The position numbers and the translations under genes are program-made. DNA of 64,000 nt. It comes from Lingula anatina (taxonomy: Eukaryota > Animalia > Brachiopoda). Of the stretch, positions 40,652 to 53,647 are shown in pieces. Within the stretch, counting starts at the first letter, position 1, and each line of letters starts with the position of its first letter. The notes beneath the pieces were generated by a model. It saw nothing but the letters and a program-made list of their open reading frames with translations. It did not search any database and was not told where the DNA came from. The DNA lies in NCBI GenBank assembly GCA_051362555.1, contig CM120643.1:12374644-12438643 (forward strand), given 5' to 3'.

Positions 40652-43600
40652 TGCTTTAAGTGCAGCACGTTTGATTATGTGACAACGTGGTAACAACGTG
40701 GGTGCTTTAGATGACGCACTTCGGTTAAGCATTTCGATTTCCTAGCGATCCAGGAAACGAAGAAGCAGCAGCATCTGTGAATTACGTCAGAGAATTCAGC
40801 AACACGAGATGTTGAATTCGCCACCAAATACCAATAATCATCATACTGCACGCAAAAAAAAAAAAAAAAACGCTGCAAACGGTGTGTTTTTCTCTCAATT
40901 ATCTCTTACTGTGAGATGTGTCTCTGGCAATTTTCCAGGTATGGCTTGGCAATGTGCCATTTTCTCTTTGTGAGCGATAAAGTCAATCAAAGACCATAGA
41001 TTAAGACGACGCAGGTGATTTTCCTTGAAGTTTACCCTTGCTAGCAAATATCAAGGTGGAAAACGATAAAGTTTTGCATAAAAATCATCCAAGGGTTCAA
41101 AGTTCCGAGGGTTCGACAAAAGCTTTGAAAGTTTGTTTTATCACCATCGCTACTGCAAATTGCCCTGTTCTATGGTGCACTGCAGCAATGTAATGTTTTG
41201 TATTTTCATCTTTCATTTCTTAAATATTTTTATTAAGCGCAGTTTTTACTCTAACCCCTCAAAAAGGGCCGTGTGGAAGATAAGTGTACACTTAGCTTGT
41301 TTTACCCTGTTTAAATAAAGTATACGTACGTTTGAAGTGTTTGAATATATGCTTGACTTTACATAATCTGATGATAAGACCTGAATTGTTAAGAACATGA
41401 AGCAGTCACAAAAGAATTAAACGCGTGTTTATTTTCTTTGTCTAAAAATTAAAATTGCAACGGATTAAACATAAATAACTTGCTTAATGTAAATAATCAC
41501 AAGTCGCTTTTTAATCGAGAGGATTTTCAATTCGCTTTGGTCACGTTTTGTTGACTTCTTATTCATGCAATGCCGTGATAGCGCTTCATCTTGTGATCAC
41601 TTTTGAACATAATTATTCTTAATTATTTTGAATCGTGCTCGAGTAACAAGTTAATTTAGCTGCGTAATTAGGCGGGTGTGACATGCATCTCGTGATCGCA
41701 CCAACACTTTGGGCTGTTTTTTACGTAAACAGAACTGGGTAAATTTCTAATAAATAGCTGGGATTCTTCCTTCAAAACTACAAAGATCCCCCAGGATCCC
41801 TGGCTTCACCACCGTGATCTGAAGACGTGGTTTGAAGACAGACAGTTGGTCTGGAAGCTAGGAACCAGGTAAGGCACATGTAGATATTTTGCGCCTGTTG
41901 TGTTGATCTTTTAAATTTTAATTTACTTATTTTCGGTTATATCTAAACTAAATATTATCGATCGAGTTGACTGTTATTCAGAACTTTCTAAAGAGGTATA
42001 TTTAAATTCTTTAAGATGCAAAAAGGGTCGATCGTCATACCCACAATTTCAGTATTGTTCTAATATACTTAGATAACAAGAATTATATATAAATTAAGAA
42101 TCTCTGCTAAAAGAAAAGCATGGCTTCAAGTAAAGAACAAGCTAAATTCGCAAAAGTTGTTTTAACAACTAAAAAATAAGTAGAGTAAAACTTATTTACA
42201 TAATAAGAACTGACTACACTCGTAAAAATTGTTTTAACAATTAACTAAAATAAGTAGACAGTAGTTACGACCAGCACAAATGTGCCCCAGCATAAAGTAT
42301 GGACAATAGTACATATCATAGGTATATATCATAGGTATCTCACTTAAGGTTTTCAAAGTTTTCGCCAGAAATATAGCGCTGTTCGTGGAATGATGTTTGC
42401 AAATTACCACTACAAACTAAAACTTAATAAAACTTATAAGTTATGCAGACCACGCCTTTTCAACTCCAAAACCATATTGAAGTTTCTTTTCAAGTCGAAA
42501 AGTTAAAAACTCGGTGTCGCTCTGAATATTAGTCACAGCAAATCAAGAATAAAGTAAAAACTGTCTTTCAATAATGTCCATAGTTGAAAATAGCATCCAA
42601 ACTAACCAACAATAGTCACATATGAAAGGATGATGGGTGTATGTTAAGGTGATATAGATGTCCATGTACATTGGTATACATGTACTGAAACATTCAACGT
42701 CGTTTTATGTATGACAACCCTCACCTGCCCCCCCCATCCCCCCCCATCCCCCCCCCCCCCCCCCCCCGCCAGAACTCTTGGCAGCCACAGTTTATTAAAA
42801 TAAAATAATTATTTGATTTCGTTAATTTTGTTCCATTGTCATAGTTTTAGGTGTGAATTTTTTTAAAGTGTGAAAGGTGTTAAATCTAATTTCACGTTTG
42901 CATGAGTGGGGTCAAATGAAGTGTATTTCTGAGCGAGGTTTTGAGATTCATTAATACATAAGTTGAAATGCCGTGGTGTTCGTTTTGCACTTCGGACAGA
43001 ATTGTGACTCTTTAAAGTTGTAGTTTACAGAAAATTATAATACATACCTGTTCACGAATTTTGAACAGTGCAGGTATGAACTTACGTCTAAAAAACTTGA
43101 AAAATCATTGATCACCATTATGGACGGGGAAATGGACAAGAATTTAATGTCTTCTCATTAACCCAAGCGAAAGAATAAGTAAATGACAAACACAGATATA
43201 GTGTTCGAAATTTGGCCGGTAGCAGCCGCTTTTATTGAAAGGTCCCTCTAGTAAAGAAATAATGGTGTTAGATATTATATAGCATTAGATAGTGTTAATT
43301 AGTTAAAATTACTTAATGTTATATCTTAAAAAATAAATATCAAAACAAATAGTGCAAATATTTTCATTTGTGGGTTTGCAAAGCATTCCCTGTTTACACT
43401 CCTAATCCAGATGCCGTTTCCCCCGCATATTAGAGTTCGCAACGGCCCATGAAACCAATTTAGTTAACCGTCGCCATAAAACATCGTTTGTCTACGCCAA
43501 ACTTCACTTTTATTAATCAACGTTGACTTCAAAATTTTGCTCTCTTAGTGATTTTTGAAAGACAAAAATAGATTGAATTGATTATTTCATTATTCCGGTT

Positions 43601-43674
43601 ATTAGAAATGTTAAAGGTGAGATTTGAAAAATATTTTTTATGTAATTTGGAAGTTTAAAAAAATGATGCACGAT

Positions 43675-44472
43675 TATAGGACAAGTAGACCGTCGATCTG
43701 CGGGTAATGACCTAACCGCAGATTGTGTATGTGGTTCAAATCTGGCAATCTAAATGACCCAGGTAGCTGCTCATTCTCTTGGTCCTTTAAGTTATCTGCA
43801 ATTTAAAGTGTTCTGTGAACCGTTTTTTTCATCGTATAACCTAAAATTGTTCCTAAGGTGCCCCCTATCAAATAGTAGCTATAGACAAGTGGTCCCCAGA
43901 TTGTTCCTGTAGTTGGTGAGGTTCAGGTTTTCATCGATGGCTACCATTGGTGTTTTGGCACCAATGTAATATCCACTCCAAATACTGATGCTTTGATGAC
44001 CCTAGTCACTCTAAACGCGGCACACACTTCGTCGCAGGCCTCTTCAAGATGTCTGTAAACTCTACTTTGACTGCTGTAGGGGTACAGGTGAAATCTGACC
44101 TAAAAAAAAAAAAAAAAAAAAAAAAAACGCAATTTCAGTGTTCTGTCCAGAAACGGCCATGGTCCCCAATTCATAAGAAAAAAAGACGATGTTTTGTCAT
44201 TTACATTGGCGTCCTCAGGTGTTGCCTGGTATTCTAACCTGCTAAAACCACTCCGGTGTTTGCTAAGGACCTTGAAAAACACTATCTAGTGGCAATTTGC
44301 CCCTCATTCTGAAAGGAATGGGTGGTCTTTGATTAGTTGCAGCAGTATATCCGTAAAAGCAGTGAGTCCTGGTGGTAAGATTTTGATACTTCGAGTTTTT
44401 CTTTAAAAAAGAACGCATTTTACCTAAGCATACCTTTGACACTGAAATATTCCATATTAAATGCCAAGTCTG
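43675..44472 (-). mobile_element. Second, internally deleted and truncated copy of the same Tc1 family
   Basis: TIR with one mismatch at 44448-44472 followed by TA. 44390-44472 matches 58905-58990 inverted, and about 43690-44390 matches about 59400-60090 inverted. About 400 bp is missing between these blocks, and the other TIR was not found. Confidence 0.85.
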
Positions 44473-45660
44473 TATGTGTGGTTTTTGTGTCCTAAACATA
44501 AAAAAATCCAAACGTACACAAATCAATCAAGAGTTACGCTTTCTGAAAAAGAGGATTCCAGTGGTTAGGAATATATGAGAGATCAAACTGTAATAGTCTA
44601 ATTAATGATTTTAGAGAGCTGCTAGATAGAAATAATGATTGTGTATTTAGTCAGTTATCTGTGATGGCCTTTTCTGTTAATCAAATTATCCCCAAAAAAT
44701 CAATAATGATTTTAAATGATCATCTCTCAGGAGCATTTAACAGGTGAATGACAGGTAGGGGATCAAAATATAATCTTATTTCATTTTCTACAAATTGCAA
44801 TTAAAGTCGCTGATGTACCTGGAAGAAGCCATGATCATAGAAGATCTTAAATTGCTACTATTCAAATGCCACTAATTGAAAAGTAAGTTACGCATGTTAA
44901 AATATAACTTACCAGGTGGTTTATAGCATTTTCTATATCAAATAATGCACTTACTGAGTAATCTATCCTTCATTTATTTCAGTCTTTATAAATGAAATTA
45001 AATCTGTTTTAGGTTAAAAATATCTGAATAAGTTGATTAATTATCGGACATGTAGCGGTCAAAATTATAAACAACCCGCAATCGGCTGGGTGATGTTGCA
45101 TTTTATTTTTCATTTAAAAAATCAATAAATTTCAATAATACTCAAAGATCTTATATAACACAATATCTTGACAGCTAAGAAAAAGACGGGGGTAGCCAAG
45201 CTCTAAGTCAGAAAACCCGAGTTAAGTTTTTTTTGTGAAACGGGGGTCTGCACACTTGCCATAGCCAGAGCTTTCCGCCCGTTAGGCTAATTGTCTGTCC
45301 GTGATGATTTTTGATTAAGGATTTAATTAACATGAAGTATACATCTAAGAAAAATTGCTTTGGTCTTTAGTTAATATGTGATTAGTATGAAGAGGATTTG
45401 AAAGAAAAAAAATTAAGTTATCTAGTTTAAAATTAATTTAAATTATAGGACGGAAAATATGAGTTTTGATTAATGATTAATGAACCTTTTTTTTTTGAAA
45501 ATTTACTAAAAGGTACAAATGGTATACTCCATGTGCTTATTTTTGCTATCCACAGCTTCTTATAACACCTTATATACACAATTAAAATTATTTAACCCCT
45601 TAAATATTTTTCCTGGAGCGTTTGTGATATTTACGTTGGAGCTTATAGGAAAATGGTGAC

Positions 45661-47299
45661 TGTTATAATGACTGGCCAGTCATATTCAGCTAACCTTTAT
45701 AAATGTTATCAAGGGTCAAATCCAAGTGCAGAGAGGGATATGATTGATTGGAGTTTGTAAACTTGAGAGTGAAGTACAGTTGTTTAAAAAAAACGACCAA
45801 GAAACATTCTATTAGACGAGGTTAATTTAGCTTCGAAAATCTACCGGTATTGCACACGCTTATGAAAAAATTAAGGTGGATGAAAGTTGGGCAATAAGTT
45901 TATCGCGATAATTTGCTCTGTTTGAACTCGATCTGCCTGGCTGCCATACATTTTCTCCGTACTGGTAGTTATAAAAATCAATCCGTGCAGCTGTATTCTT
46001 TGAACATGTGCGTGCATTGTATATCAGCACAAGCAAATGACGGAAATTATTCATGTATTTATTTTATCACGTAGCTTGGTGTTTGACGTATCTGTCAACT
46101 GCATGCCGCTGACAGGCATGCTCAACATCTCCAAAGGACCAAATGTCACGGTGACGTTCGAAACTTAATTATTTGAGTTGAAAACAAACCGACACACAGA
46201 TTATACCGGTGTCACAAAACTCAGGGTCCGTGTAACAGAAAGTCCGCCCTCCATATACTTATAATGGTTAGGGTTAGCCTGACCTAAGTGGATCAAAATC
46301 TAGGGCGAGGCTTACCTGTGCAAACGAACGGGAAGTGGACTTTCTATCATGGGGGACTCTCTGTCACGTAACACCTTTCTCCGACCGCCAGTGTTTATTT
46401 TTGACACCGACTTGGCGAAAAAAAGAGTGGTGCGTAAGGTTTCAAGTGACGTGCGGGCGACGAGAAACAATTTTTTTTGACTGATACTTTAAAAAGTGGA
46501 ATCTTCATGTTACCCATGCTATGTGGTGAATGCAATGACAAGTATGATGGTTTGTTGCTTTAGGCCGGTGTCCCTTTCTCAACCGAATAAGAAATTTTGA
46601 CTTGATTCATTAAAATAATCTTATTATCCGAAGACTTCTCTTAGTCAAAACATAAGATGCAGGTTTTAGTTGTTGGTCGCAGGCTGTAAGTGGTAGTGAC
46701 GGTGGCGTTGAGCACTTTTTGGTAGGAATAAGTGCAGGTGTGGGTCGGGAATGTCTTACATTATTTACATTGTAGACGTAGATACGCTACATGTATATTT
46801 TAATACGTTTAAAAACATATTCTCCTAACGAGAAATTGAACACCTTTTTCCAAATAATCTTATGACGAATATGTGTCTGAGATTCTCCTTGGTGTCCGAT
46901 CAAAAGTTGAGTCTGTACTTCGTACAAACTGTATACCTTGGTACACAATCGGTATAAAGCCCCTTGTGAACTAAGAATAAGGTTCAGAACAGAAACAGAA
47001 CCTTTTCTGTGTTCTTCACTCGTCACTTCGTTCTTTTTGTTTAGTATCAAATCGGTAAAATTGTCCTATTTTATCAATTAACGGAGCGTGGATTGTAATT
47101 CGCAAATAACCGTATAAAAATCCAATAATTAAAGGGCAACGCCATGGGGTTATCCGCCAAAATGGATTTTCCCGAGAAAATAAGATACTTTCTCGTATTC
47201 AGGAATCGTTGATCTACCCCTCTCTGCACTTTGATTCGACCTTTAATTGAATTTAAAAAGGTTGATTTAGTTAAAAATGACTGGCCAATCATTATAACC
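45661..47299. repeat. Imperfect inverted repeat pair of about 80 bp (45661-45738 and 47217-47299)
   Basis: gttataatgactggccagtcat...aagggtcaaatccaagtgcagagaggg versus reverse-complemented gttataatgattggccagtcat...aaaggtcgaatcaaagtgcagagaggg. Confidence 0.7.
46207..46409. mobile_element. Degenerate MITE with CGGTGT termini
   Basis: cggtgtcacaaaa ... ttttgacaccg, internal ggttagggttag, and inverted cagaaagtcc/ggactttct motifs. Confidence 0.5.
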
Positions 47300-47418
47300 A
47301 GGGACCATCTTCTTAATTAAATCAGAAGCTCCGATGGAAATACCATCATCAGGTACGCTTACGAAAAAAAGTTAAAAATAGTACTTAGTTGAAAATATAT
47401 GTAATTTAGGATCAGGTG

Positions 47419-47424
47419 TATAAA
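47419..47424 (+). promoter_or_regulatory. Candidate TATA box
   Basis: TATAAAG about 50 nt upstream of ATG 47471. It may instead lie inside an exon if the acceptor at 47408-47409 is used. Confidence 0.35.
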
Positions 47425-47470
47425 GACGAGACAAAGTGCCAGTGACGTGAGAGCGAGGATATCAGGCACA

Positions 47471-48557
47471 ATGCAGGGCGGCCACCTTGTCCTGCACATA
47501 TATATTTTCTGCTCTGTGATTGGTCAACAACACAACCAGATATATGCCAGCAGAGAAAATCTTCAAGTTATGACTACGTCACGTCCAAGCATGAATACCA
47601 GTGGAATGGAATCGCCCACGTCCGGAGACGACAGACAAACAGCGAATGTTGTGCAAATCGGCTCAAGCAGATCGACAGAGGACAACCCTGCATCGGCACC
47701 CAACCCTTTAAATAACATTACGCAATCCTACCCCACACGTCAAGGTTTTTGCGTGGCATTAAGAGATGAAAATGGTTTTAATGGCCAAATTTACATCTCG
47801 TGCTACTGCGATGAATATTGTGGCATCTTTGATGACTGTTGCTCCGCCGCCCAGTTGGAGTGCAAGAACACCGATGAAACACCAAATCGCAGCTTTCAAA
47901 GATTGCCCTCGTCGCCCTCATTGTCCATAGGTCCAAATGACGTAGAATGCCGTTCACAAAGTTCGAAGGAATTCAGTTCCCGTGTTGTGACAATGACCCG
48001 CAAGTACACCTGGATGGTTGTATCCTGCCCAAGCAATTGGCCCAACAATACAATACGCGAGAGGTGTGAGAGGCCGTCAAAATCAATAGTTGAAGTCGAT
48101 ACTCACTTCCCTGTAACCGACCCCGAATCAGAACTCACTTTTCAGAATTCCAACTGCGCCCGTTGCCACGGTTTGAGCCACTACGTACCATGGTCAACAT
48201 CTGTTGTGTGTGTATCAACTAATTTAGAAGACTTTGCTTCGATGTCCAATATGACTGGTGTTTTCAATGTAGTGAAGAATGCCCCCGATTGCTTCCTTTA
48301 TTACCAAGAGCCTGAGGGATTCATGGGAAGACCTTGTGTCGGCGGCAGGTTTAACAGACACGTGTTGGGTGCACAATGGTATGGCGGTGCGACTCACTGT
48401 AGGCCCGAGTCACCCTACAAGGAACCGTGTAAGGACTCCAAATATGCAATAACTCGGGTCATACCAGGTCATAACGCCGTCACCTATGCCAAAAGCCATT
48501 TCTGCTGGCTCTGCGTCTTTGATGAGGCCCCAGTAGTTGTGGAATGTGCTACTGATG
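47471..48557 (+). CDS. Exon 1 of a cell-surface Cys-rich protein (signal peptide, S/T/P-rich spacer, somatomedin-B-like domain, Cys-rich domain)
   Basis: ORF 47447..48586. MQGGHLVLHIYIFCSVIG is signal-like. Motifs CYCDEYCGIFDDCC, WMVVSCP..W..RERCE, FPVTD..TFQNSNCARCHG. Donor GATG|gtgagt at 48557/8, phase 1. Confidence 0.88.
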
Positions 48558-48838
48558 GTGAGTATTTTATTGTTATCATTTTCTAATAATGAGCTGGTTG
48601 ACAGATGAAGCTATTTTTATATAACGTAATGTTTATTCATTCATTAAAAACCAGAAACACTGAATTTATGGGTTCCTTTAAACATTCTGGTATTTTGAGC
48701 ATTACAGGTATAAGTAGCATAATCGAACTACACCCAAAAATGCCATCTCGTGCCCGTCTTAATGTATGTGTAAAGCTTATATTTTGCTCAACAACGATTT
48801 AATTGTGACAACTACATGCGTGACATATTTTGTTGTAG

Positions 48839-48939
48839 TCGATTCGGTCCTGAGAGAATTCGCACCTTTGGGTTTCTACGCATTCATTGATCCGCATAAA
48901 CAAGATTCAACTAAGTCGTGTCAGCCAAACAAAAACCTT
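48839..48939 (+). CDS. Exon 2 of the SMB-like surface protein (101 nt, phase 1-0)
   Basis: ttttgttgtag|TCGATTCG...AACCTT|gtaagt. Encodes VDSVLREFAPLGFYAFIDPHKQDSTKSCQPNKNL. Confidence 0.75.
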
Positions 48940-49142
48940 GTAAGTAACTGTTCGATTGCAATTTACTGCTGGGCACACAAATAAAGTTTACAGCCAATCT
49001 TGTCTGTTAGAATTCTTAGCCAAACGGCATTGTTGCGATTAAGTTCAGTACTTTAATTTTAAAGCATTGGTCAGACAGAGTTCTATGACGTTTCCTAGAT
49101 GTAGGTATGTACATTGCATAGAACTGTATTTCTTTTATTCAG

Positions 49143-49775
49143 ATCGCTTGCCTTGGGAGGAGAGATGGAGACGACTGTCCAAACCCGTTTTCTTTTCTTT
49201 TCAATACGTTGTATACTCTTACCATTGCGTTAAGGTTTCCTTCAAGTGCTAATGTCGCCCAGACATTAACCGAATGTAGATCGTTTGCAGCTTCTGTGTT
49301 TGCCAGAGATGAAGGTCCCCTCAACCTGCTTGAATTATATTACGGTAATTGGGAAATATATAAATTTAAGCAGCCCGAATGTTACTTCCTGAATATCACG
49401 GCTCTCTCAGGTGAACAGAACAAAGAATTCACAAACGCCACCATGTTTCAAACCTCCATACCGATAATGCTTACAAAATTTGTCAGAAACTACAATGAAG
49501 GCTTCCGTATGTTGTTACAACTTGAGGCTAAGATAGCTGCAAACAAGCCAACCATTGCATACAATGGGACCGAAGTGCCTATATACGTTATCCGAAATAG
49601 CCAATTGGAAGAATGTCTCAATGATAACCCCACTGAACAAAAGGAAGCCTCGCCCGCTGCAAGTGTCACTACACGTCCCCCCATGTCCGGCTCGGCGTCC
49701 ACTGAAGCTTCGGTGTGTACGGGGTGGTTTTTCGTACTGGCACTAGTCCTTTCGTGGTTATATAATATGGCATAG
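49143..49775 (+). CDS. Exon 3 of the SMB-like surface protein, ending in a GPI-signal-like hydrophobic tail
   Basis: tttcttttattcag|ATCGCTTGC, in frame with ORF 49209..49775. Ends ...SGSASTEASVCTGWFFVLALVLSWLYNMA*. Total spliced product is about 606 aa. Confidence 0.82.
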   Translation: MACLGRRDGDDCPNPFSFLFNTLYTLTIALRFPSSANVAQTLTECRSFAASVFARDEGPLNLLELYYGNWEIYKFKQPECYFLNITALSGEQNKEFTNATMFQTSIPIMLTKFVRNYNEGFRMLLQLEAKIAANKPTIAYNGTEVPIYVIRNSQLEECLNDNPTEQKEASPAASVTTRPPMSGSASTEASVCTGWFFVLALVLSWLYNMA

Positions 49776-50040
49776 GTGGTATACCATATGTGTTATAAGA
49801 ACAAATTTGAACCAGGTTTAGCCGGTTAGGTATGTTCTAGAATTGTTGATAGATGTAACTTGAGGCTTTGCTCAGACGTTACGGTATGATTTCTACGTAT
49901 AAAATTTTCCCACAAAAGAGACTTGGAGATACATCACCTTCTATAAGTTTTTATGTTCATGGTTAATAGTACGTAACCCTTCTTCGATCCATACAGGCCT
50001 CGGCCGCCCGCCTGACACGTGACTTAATTATGAGAACTGA

Positions 50041-50080
50041 GCTGCCTTGGAACAGGTCTGCACTTTCTGGGTGCTTTTCT
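50041..50080 (+). mobile_element. 3'-end fragment of the HINE-like family in the 3' UTR of the SMB-like gene
   Basis: gctgccttggaacaggtctgcactttctgggtgcttttct resembles the 3' IR and hairpin end of the family. Confidence 0.5.
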
Positions 50081-50624
50081 GAGTTCTGTTGTCGTCAATG
50101 TTCGAGAAGCAGAAGTGAGATTTCCGTACACAGTATACAACGTGTAGTATTCGCCCATTACCTGTATTATTTTTTTCCCGCCTTTACTTTCCTTTTTACC
50201 CAATATTGATTCGTGTCAAGTGTCAAATGAAATGCTAAAGGAACATATAACGTTTTTGTTCCGAGTCCGATTCTGAAGGGAAATTCTTAAAATTGAAGCC
50301 CAACTTTTGAATATTTGCAAGCCTAATGCGTATGGTAGAGTTGATGAAACTAAGAAAAAATTCTTTAAACCATAGAAAAAGAAGAATTGAACTACATATA
50401 TTAAAACTTGATATCTAAACTGCATGTATATTAATTACGACCAACGTTGTATTTTTGTTGATTTTGTGAAATTTAAGCGTTATGTTTAAAATGGAGTAAT
50501 GGTATATAGCCAACACACCTTGGGTGAGAGCATTACATATACATTTCATTCAACCAAAGATTATATATACATTTGAACTAAAGATTATACATTTGAAAAC
50601 ATTATTTTTCGTATGTCAAGAGCA

Positions 50625-50630
50625 AATAAA
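50625..50630 (+). terminator. Candidate polyadenylation signal for the SMB-like gene
   Basis: AATAAA about 850 nt after the stop, followed by T/GT-rich sequence. Confidence 0.35.
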
Positions 50631-51531
50631 AAATATTTGTTAATTACTTAATTAGTGGTTACTTTGTATCACGTCAATGATCATTATCTTACTGTTGTGA
50701 AACATAACCTTACTGTTATTTGATAAAGATATTTTGCATTAAATCTAAAAAAGTGGAACTACATTTTAAAATCTGAAAGACAAGAATCTAGTGATTGGAA
50801 TCAATTATCATATTGTGAGGTTATTAACCTTTGATCAGCAAAAGGATTGCAAACAATTTAATTCTATCATGCGACTAAGTGTGTTCTCAGTCAATGTGAC
50901 ATTGTTGCCGTGGAAATCATGCACTAGTTGTCCATATGTTGTCAATTTTACGGCAAATAGGCCTACATGTACAAGGTAGTATAAAGTTATCTGTATTAGT
51001 GCGCACCTGTACAGCGACGTCAGATAGTATCCAAGAAAGTCTATTAGTTCAATCTTGGTTTCTGTATTGCTATAACCGTCCGTGCAAGACGTGTTTTTTT
51101 TTTTTCTTTAGAAATGTCACTTAGTTCATTTTATTGTTATTACCATGGCGCATATTGTAGTTAATAGCACATAACTGTTAAAATTAACTCTTTTATACCA
51201 CGTGCGCGGCTACCAAAACAGTCTGATTTCTTGCTATTTGAAAATATTTTTCAGGTGTTATAGAGGCAGTAGTAATTTCTCGTCTTTTCCTTTGGTGTGT
51301 AAATAGCAATGTAGCGATTGATTACTCTCAGTATCACGTTTTCAGTCAGGCATGTTCTGCCGCCATTGTGTGTCAACTGGTACGTGAGGATCGTCAGTGC
51401 ATGCACAATGTAAAGAACAAAATTATGGACTTGCACCAATCATCTAATGTCAGTTCGAGGATAAAGTAGCTGTTTTGTTACCAAGCGCAATTTTCATAAA
51501 ATGATATGGTTAATTCCCTTTCCCTCTCTCA

Positions 51532-51532
<1 letters not shown>

Positions 51533-51599
<67 letters not shown>

Positions 51600-51724
51600 A
51601 TTTGTTGACATTGTACATTTATACAAATTGATATTGTGTGTTATTAAGTCTACGTTTTTATTTAGACCAGATAAAATTGATTTGTTTGTTAACGAGCGCA
51701 ACAGCTCCTAATATTGAGGAAATC

Positions 51725-51776
<52 letters not shown>
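51533..51776. repeat. (TTA)n microsatellite (51533-51595) and a poly-T of about 50 nt (51727-51776)
   Basis: Direct inspection. Confidence 0.9.
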
Positions 51777-51778
<2 letters not shown>

Positions 51779-53483
51779 ACCATTAAACTGCGTTGGACAT
51801 TGGTTTGGAGAGTGGAAATAATTAAAAAGTAAACCCAGGAGAAAAAAATAAACACCGTTGTTTTCATGCTCAGAAATCGCCCACACTTTGCATTTGACAC
51901 CCTGCTAGTTAACCAACTTACCAATTTTGTCTGGCCTTATTTTAGTTTACAATATTTATGTATCCCCACACGAATAAACGGTTTATGTTGTATTTGTTGC
52001 TCATTTGTTTATTTAATTTTATTTACTTGTTTGCTTTTTTTTATGAAAATTGCTAGTATCGTTGAATTTATTGAGTCACGACATAAATACCTTATGTTAT
52101 TTAATGTCATAAATGTGTAAGTAAATCCGTGATTTGACAAGCTCATTCACCGACAGGGAAAATACTACCGCAAAATTAGCTTGAAATGGTAGTTCTGGGA
52201 GGCAATGTTCCTCTTCTTGTCCTAGAAAATTAGTTATTATTGACAAAGACTGGGGCCTATATGCTCTGCTTTTAACATTCAAATCGCTGACTGAGCCAGT
52301 TATACCAAAACTTTTATTGTTTGACAATTTCGCTGAAGAAACCTTAAGACTTAAAGGGAGAAAATCAGTATGCAAAGCGATAATTCATGTACAAAACATA
52401 TACATATCTAATAGATGGTATCCTTTATCTACTGCAATAGGTGAGAAGAATGGATTGCGGCATTTATTGCGACAGTTGATATTAGTACTTTACGTACAAC
52501 AATGTACAACAAACGCAGTCATGTCAGTATCAAAGCCCAAAGTTTGGTATTTTCACCGCTTTTCAAAAAATAATGCCTTATAGATGCCCTGATCAATGTT
52601 GTTCACAACAAAATTCCGTGGTCATAAACTATCTTTTCGGCTGTAGGATCGGCGCTAAGCTGAAAAGAGATGTAAAGAGACTTAAATCTCATTGAAAACT
52701 GTTCCCCGCCGGTGTCCCATTTCCAGTGATTGCATGTTGAAATTCAACATGGAGGAAATAATTGGCGAGGAGTTAGACAGGCTACCCTTTGCCTGTTTTC
52801 ATAATGGCTTTAAAGCTTTCTCAAGTTGTCCCAGGCGGTAGGCGCAGAGCATCTGGTTCATTTTCAACATTAATTGATTTCATTCATGATGCCAATTTCG
52901 CGGACGGTAAAATCGCCTGATCTTGTGGTTATGCCACATAGATCTAGCATATTAGGGAAAGATTAACCATATATACGACATAAAATGCCTTGGAAACTCT
53001 AATGCAGTAGTTTACTTTGGTTACGCCAAGCATCCAGAATATATGCAACTAACCTAATACACTGAAAAATAGATATAATACGAATTTAAGTGTATTCCCG
53101 CAAACCAACTCCATTGAATAGGAATGTATGTACAGCGCGCGGCACGGGGGCGGCAAGATCTTGTTCAAAACCTGCTTGTGTTTTTAATCTGACAGGAAAT
53201 CCAATCAACTTCACAAATTGTGCATGAGTACCTCAGACTGAAAATGCTCCACAAACAGAAGCACAACATTCATTTGTCGCATGTCAGATCGGGTAATAAT
53301 AAGGTGGAGGCTCAAATTGATTCCGTCTTACGTCAAATTGCAACCACTAGCAGACGCAGAAAACCAATCAGCTTAATATCATATTTAAGCCGCACTTAAG
53401 TCAATGTACAGTTGGAGCACTGAAATCTCTATTTCAAATACGAATGTACCTTTTAAAGACAAGATAACACACATCAGCATGCC

Positions 53484-53647
53484 AGCGATGTGATCCGATT
53501 CTGGATAAGACTAAAATTAGATTCAATTCTCAGTTTCAAACCATGAACCTGGAATCGGAAACATTAGCGATGTGATCCGATTCTGGATAAGACTAAAATT
53601 AGATTCACTTCACAGTTTCAAACCATGAACGTGGTATCGGATATATT
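53484..53647 (+). repeat. Tandem duplication, 2 x 82 bp
   Basis: agcgatgtgatccgattctggataagactaaaattagattca... starts at both 53484 and 53566, with few mismatches. Confidence 0.92.

Noticed and set aside
53484-53647. Repeat pair as a possible CRISPR-like array
   Set aside because: Only two adjacent 82-bp units, no spacers, no cas genes, and a eukaryotic context.
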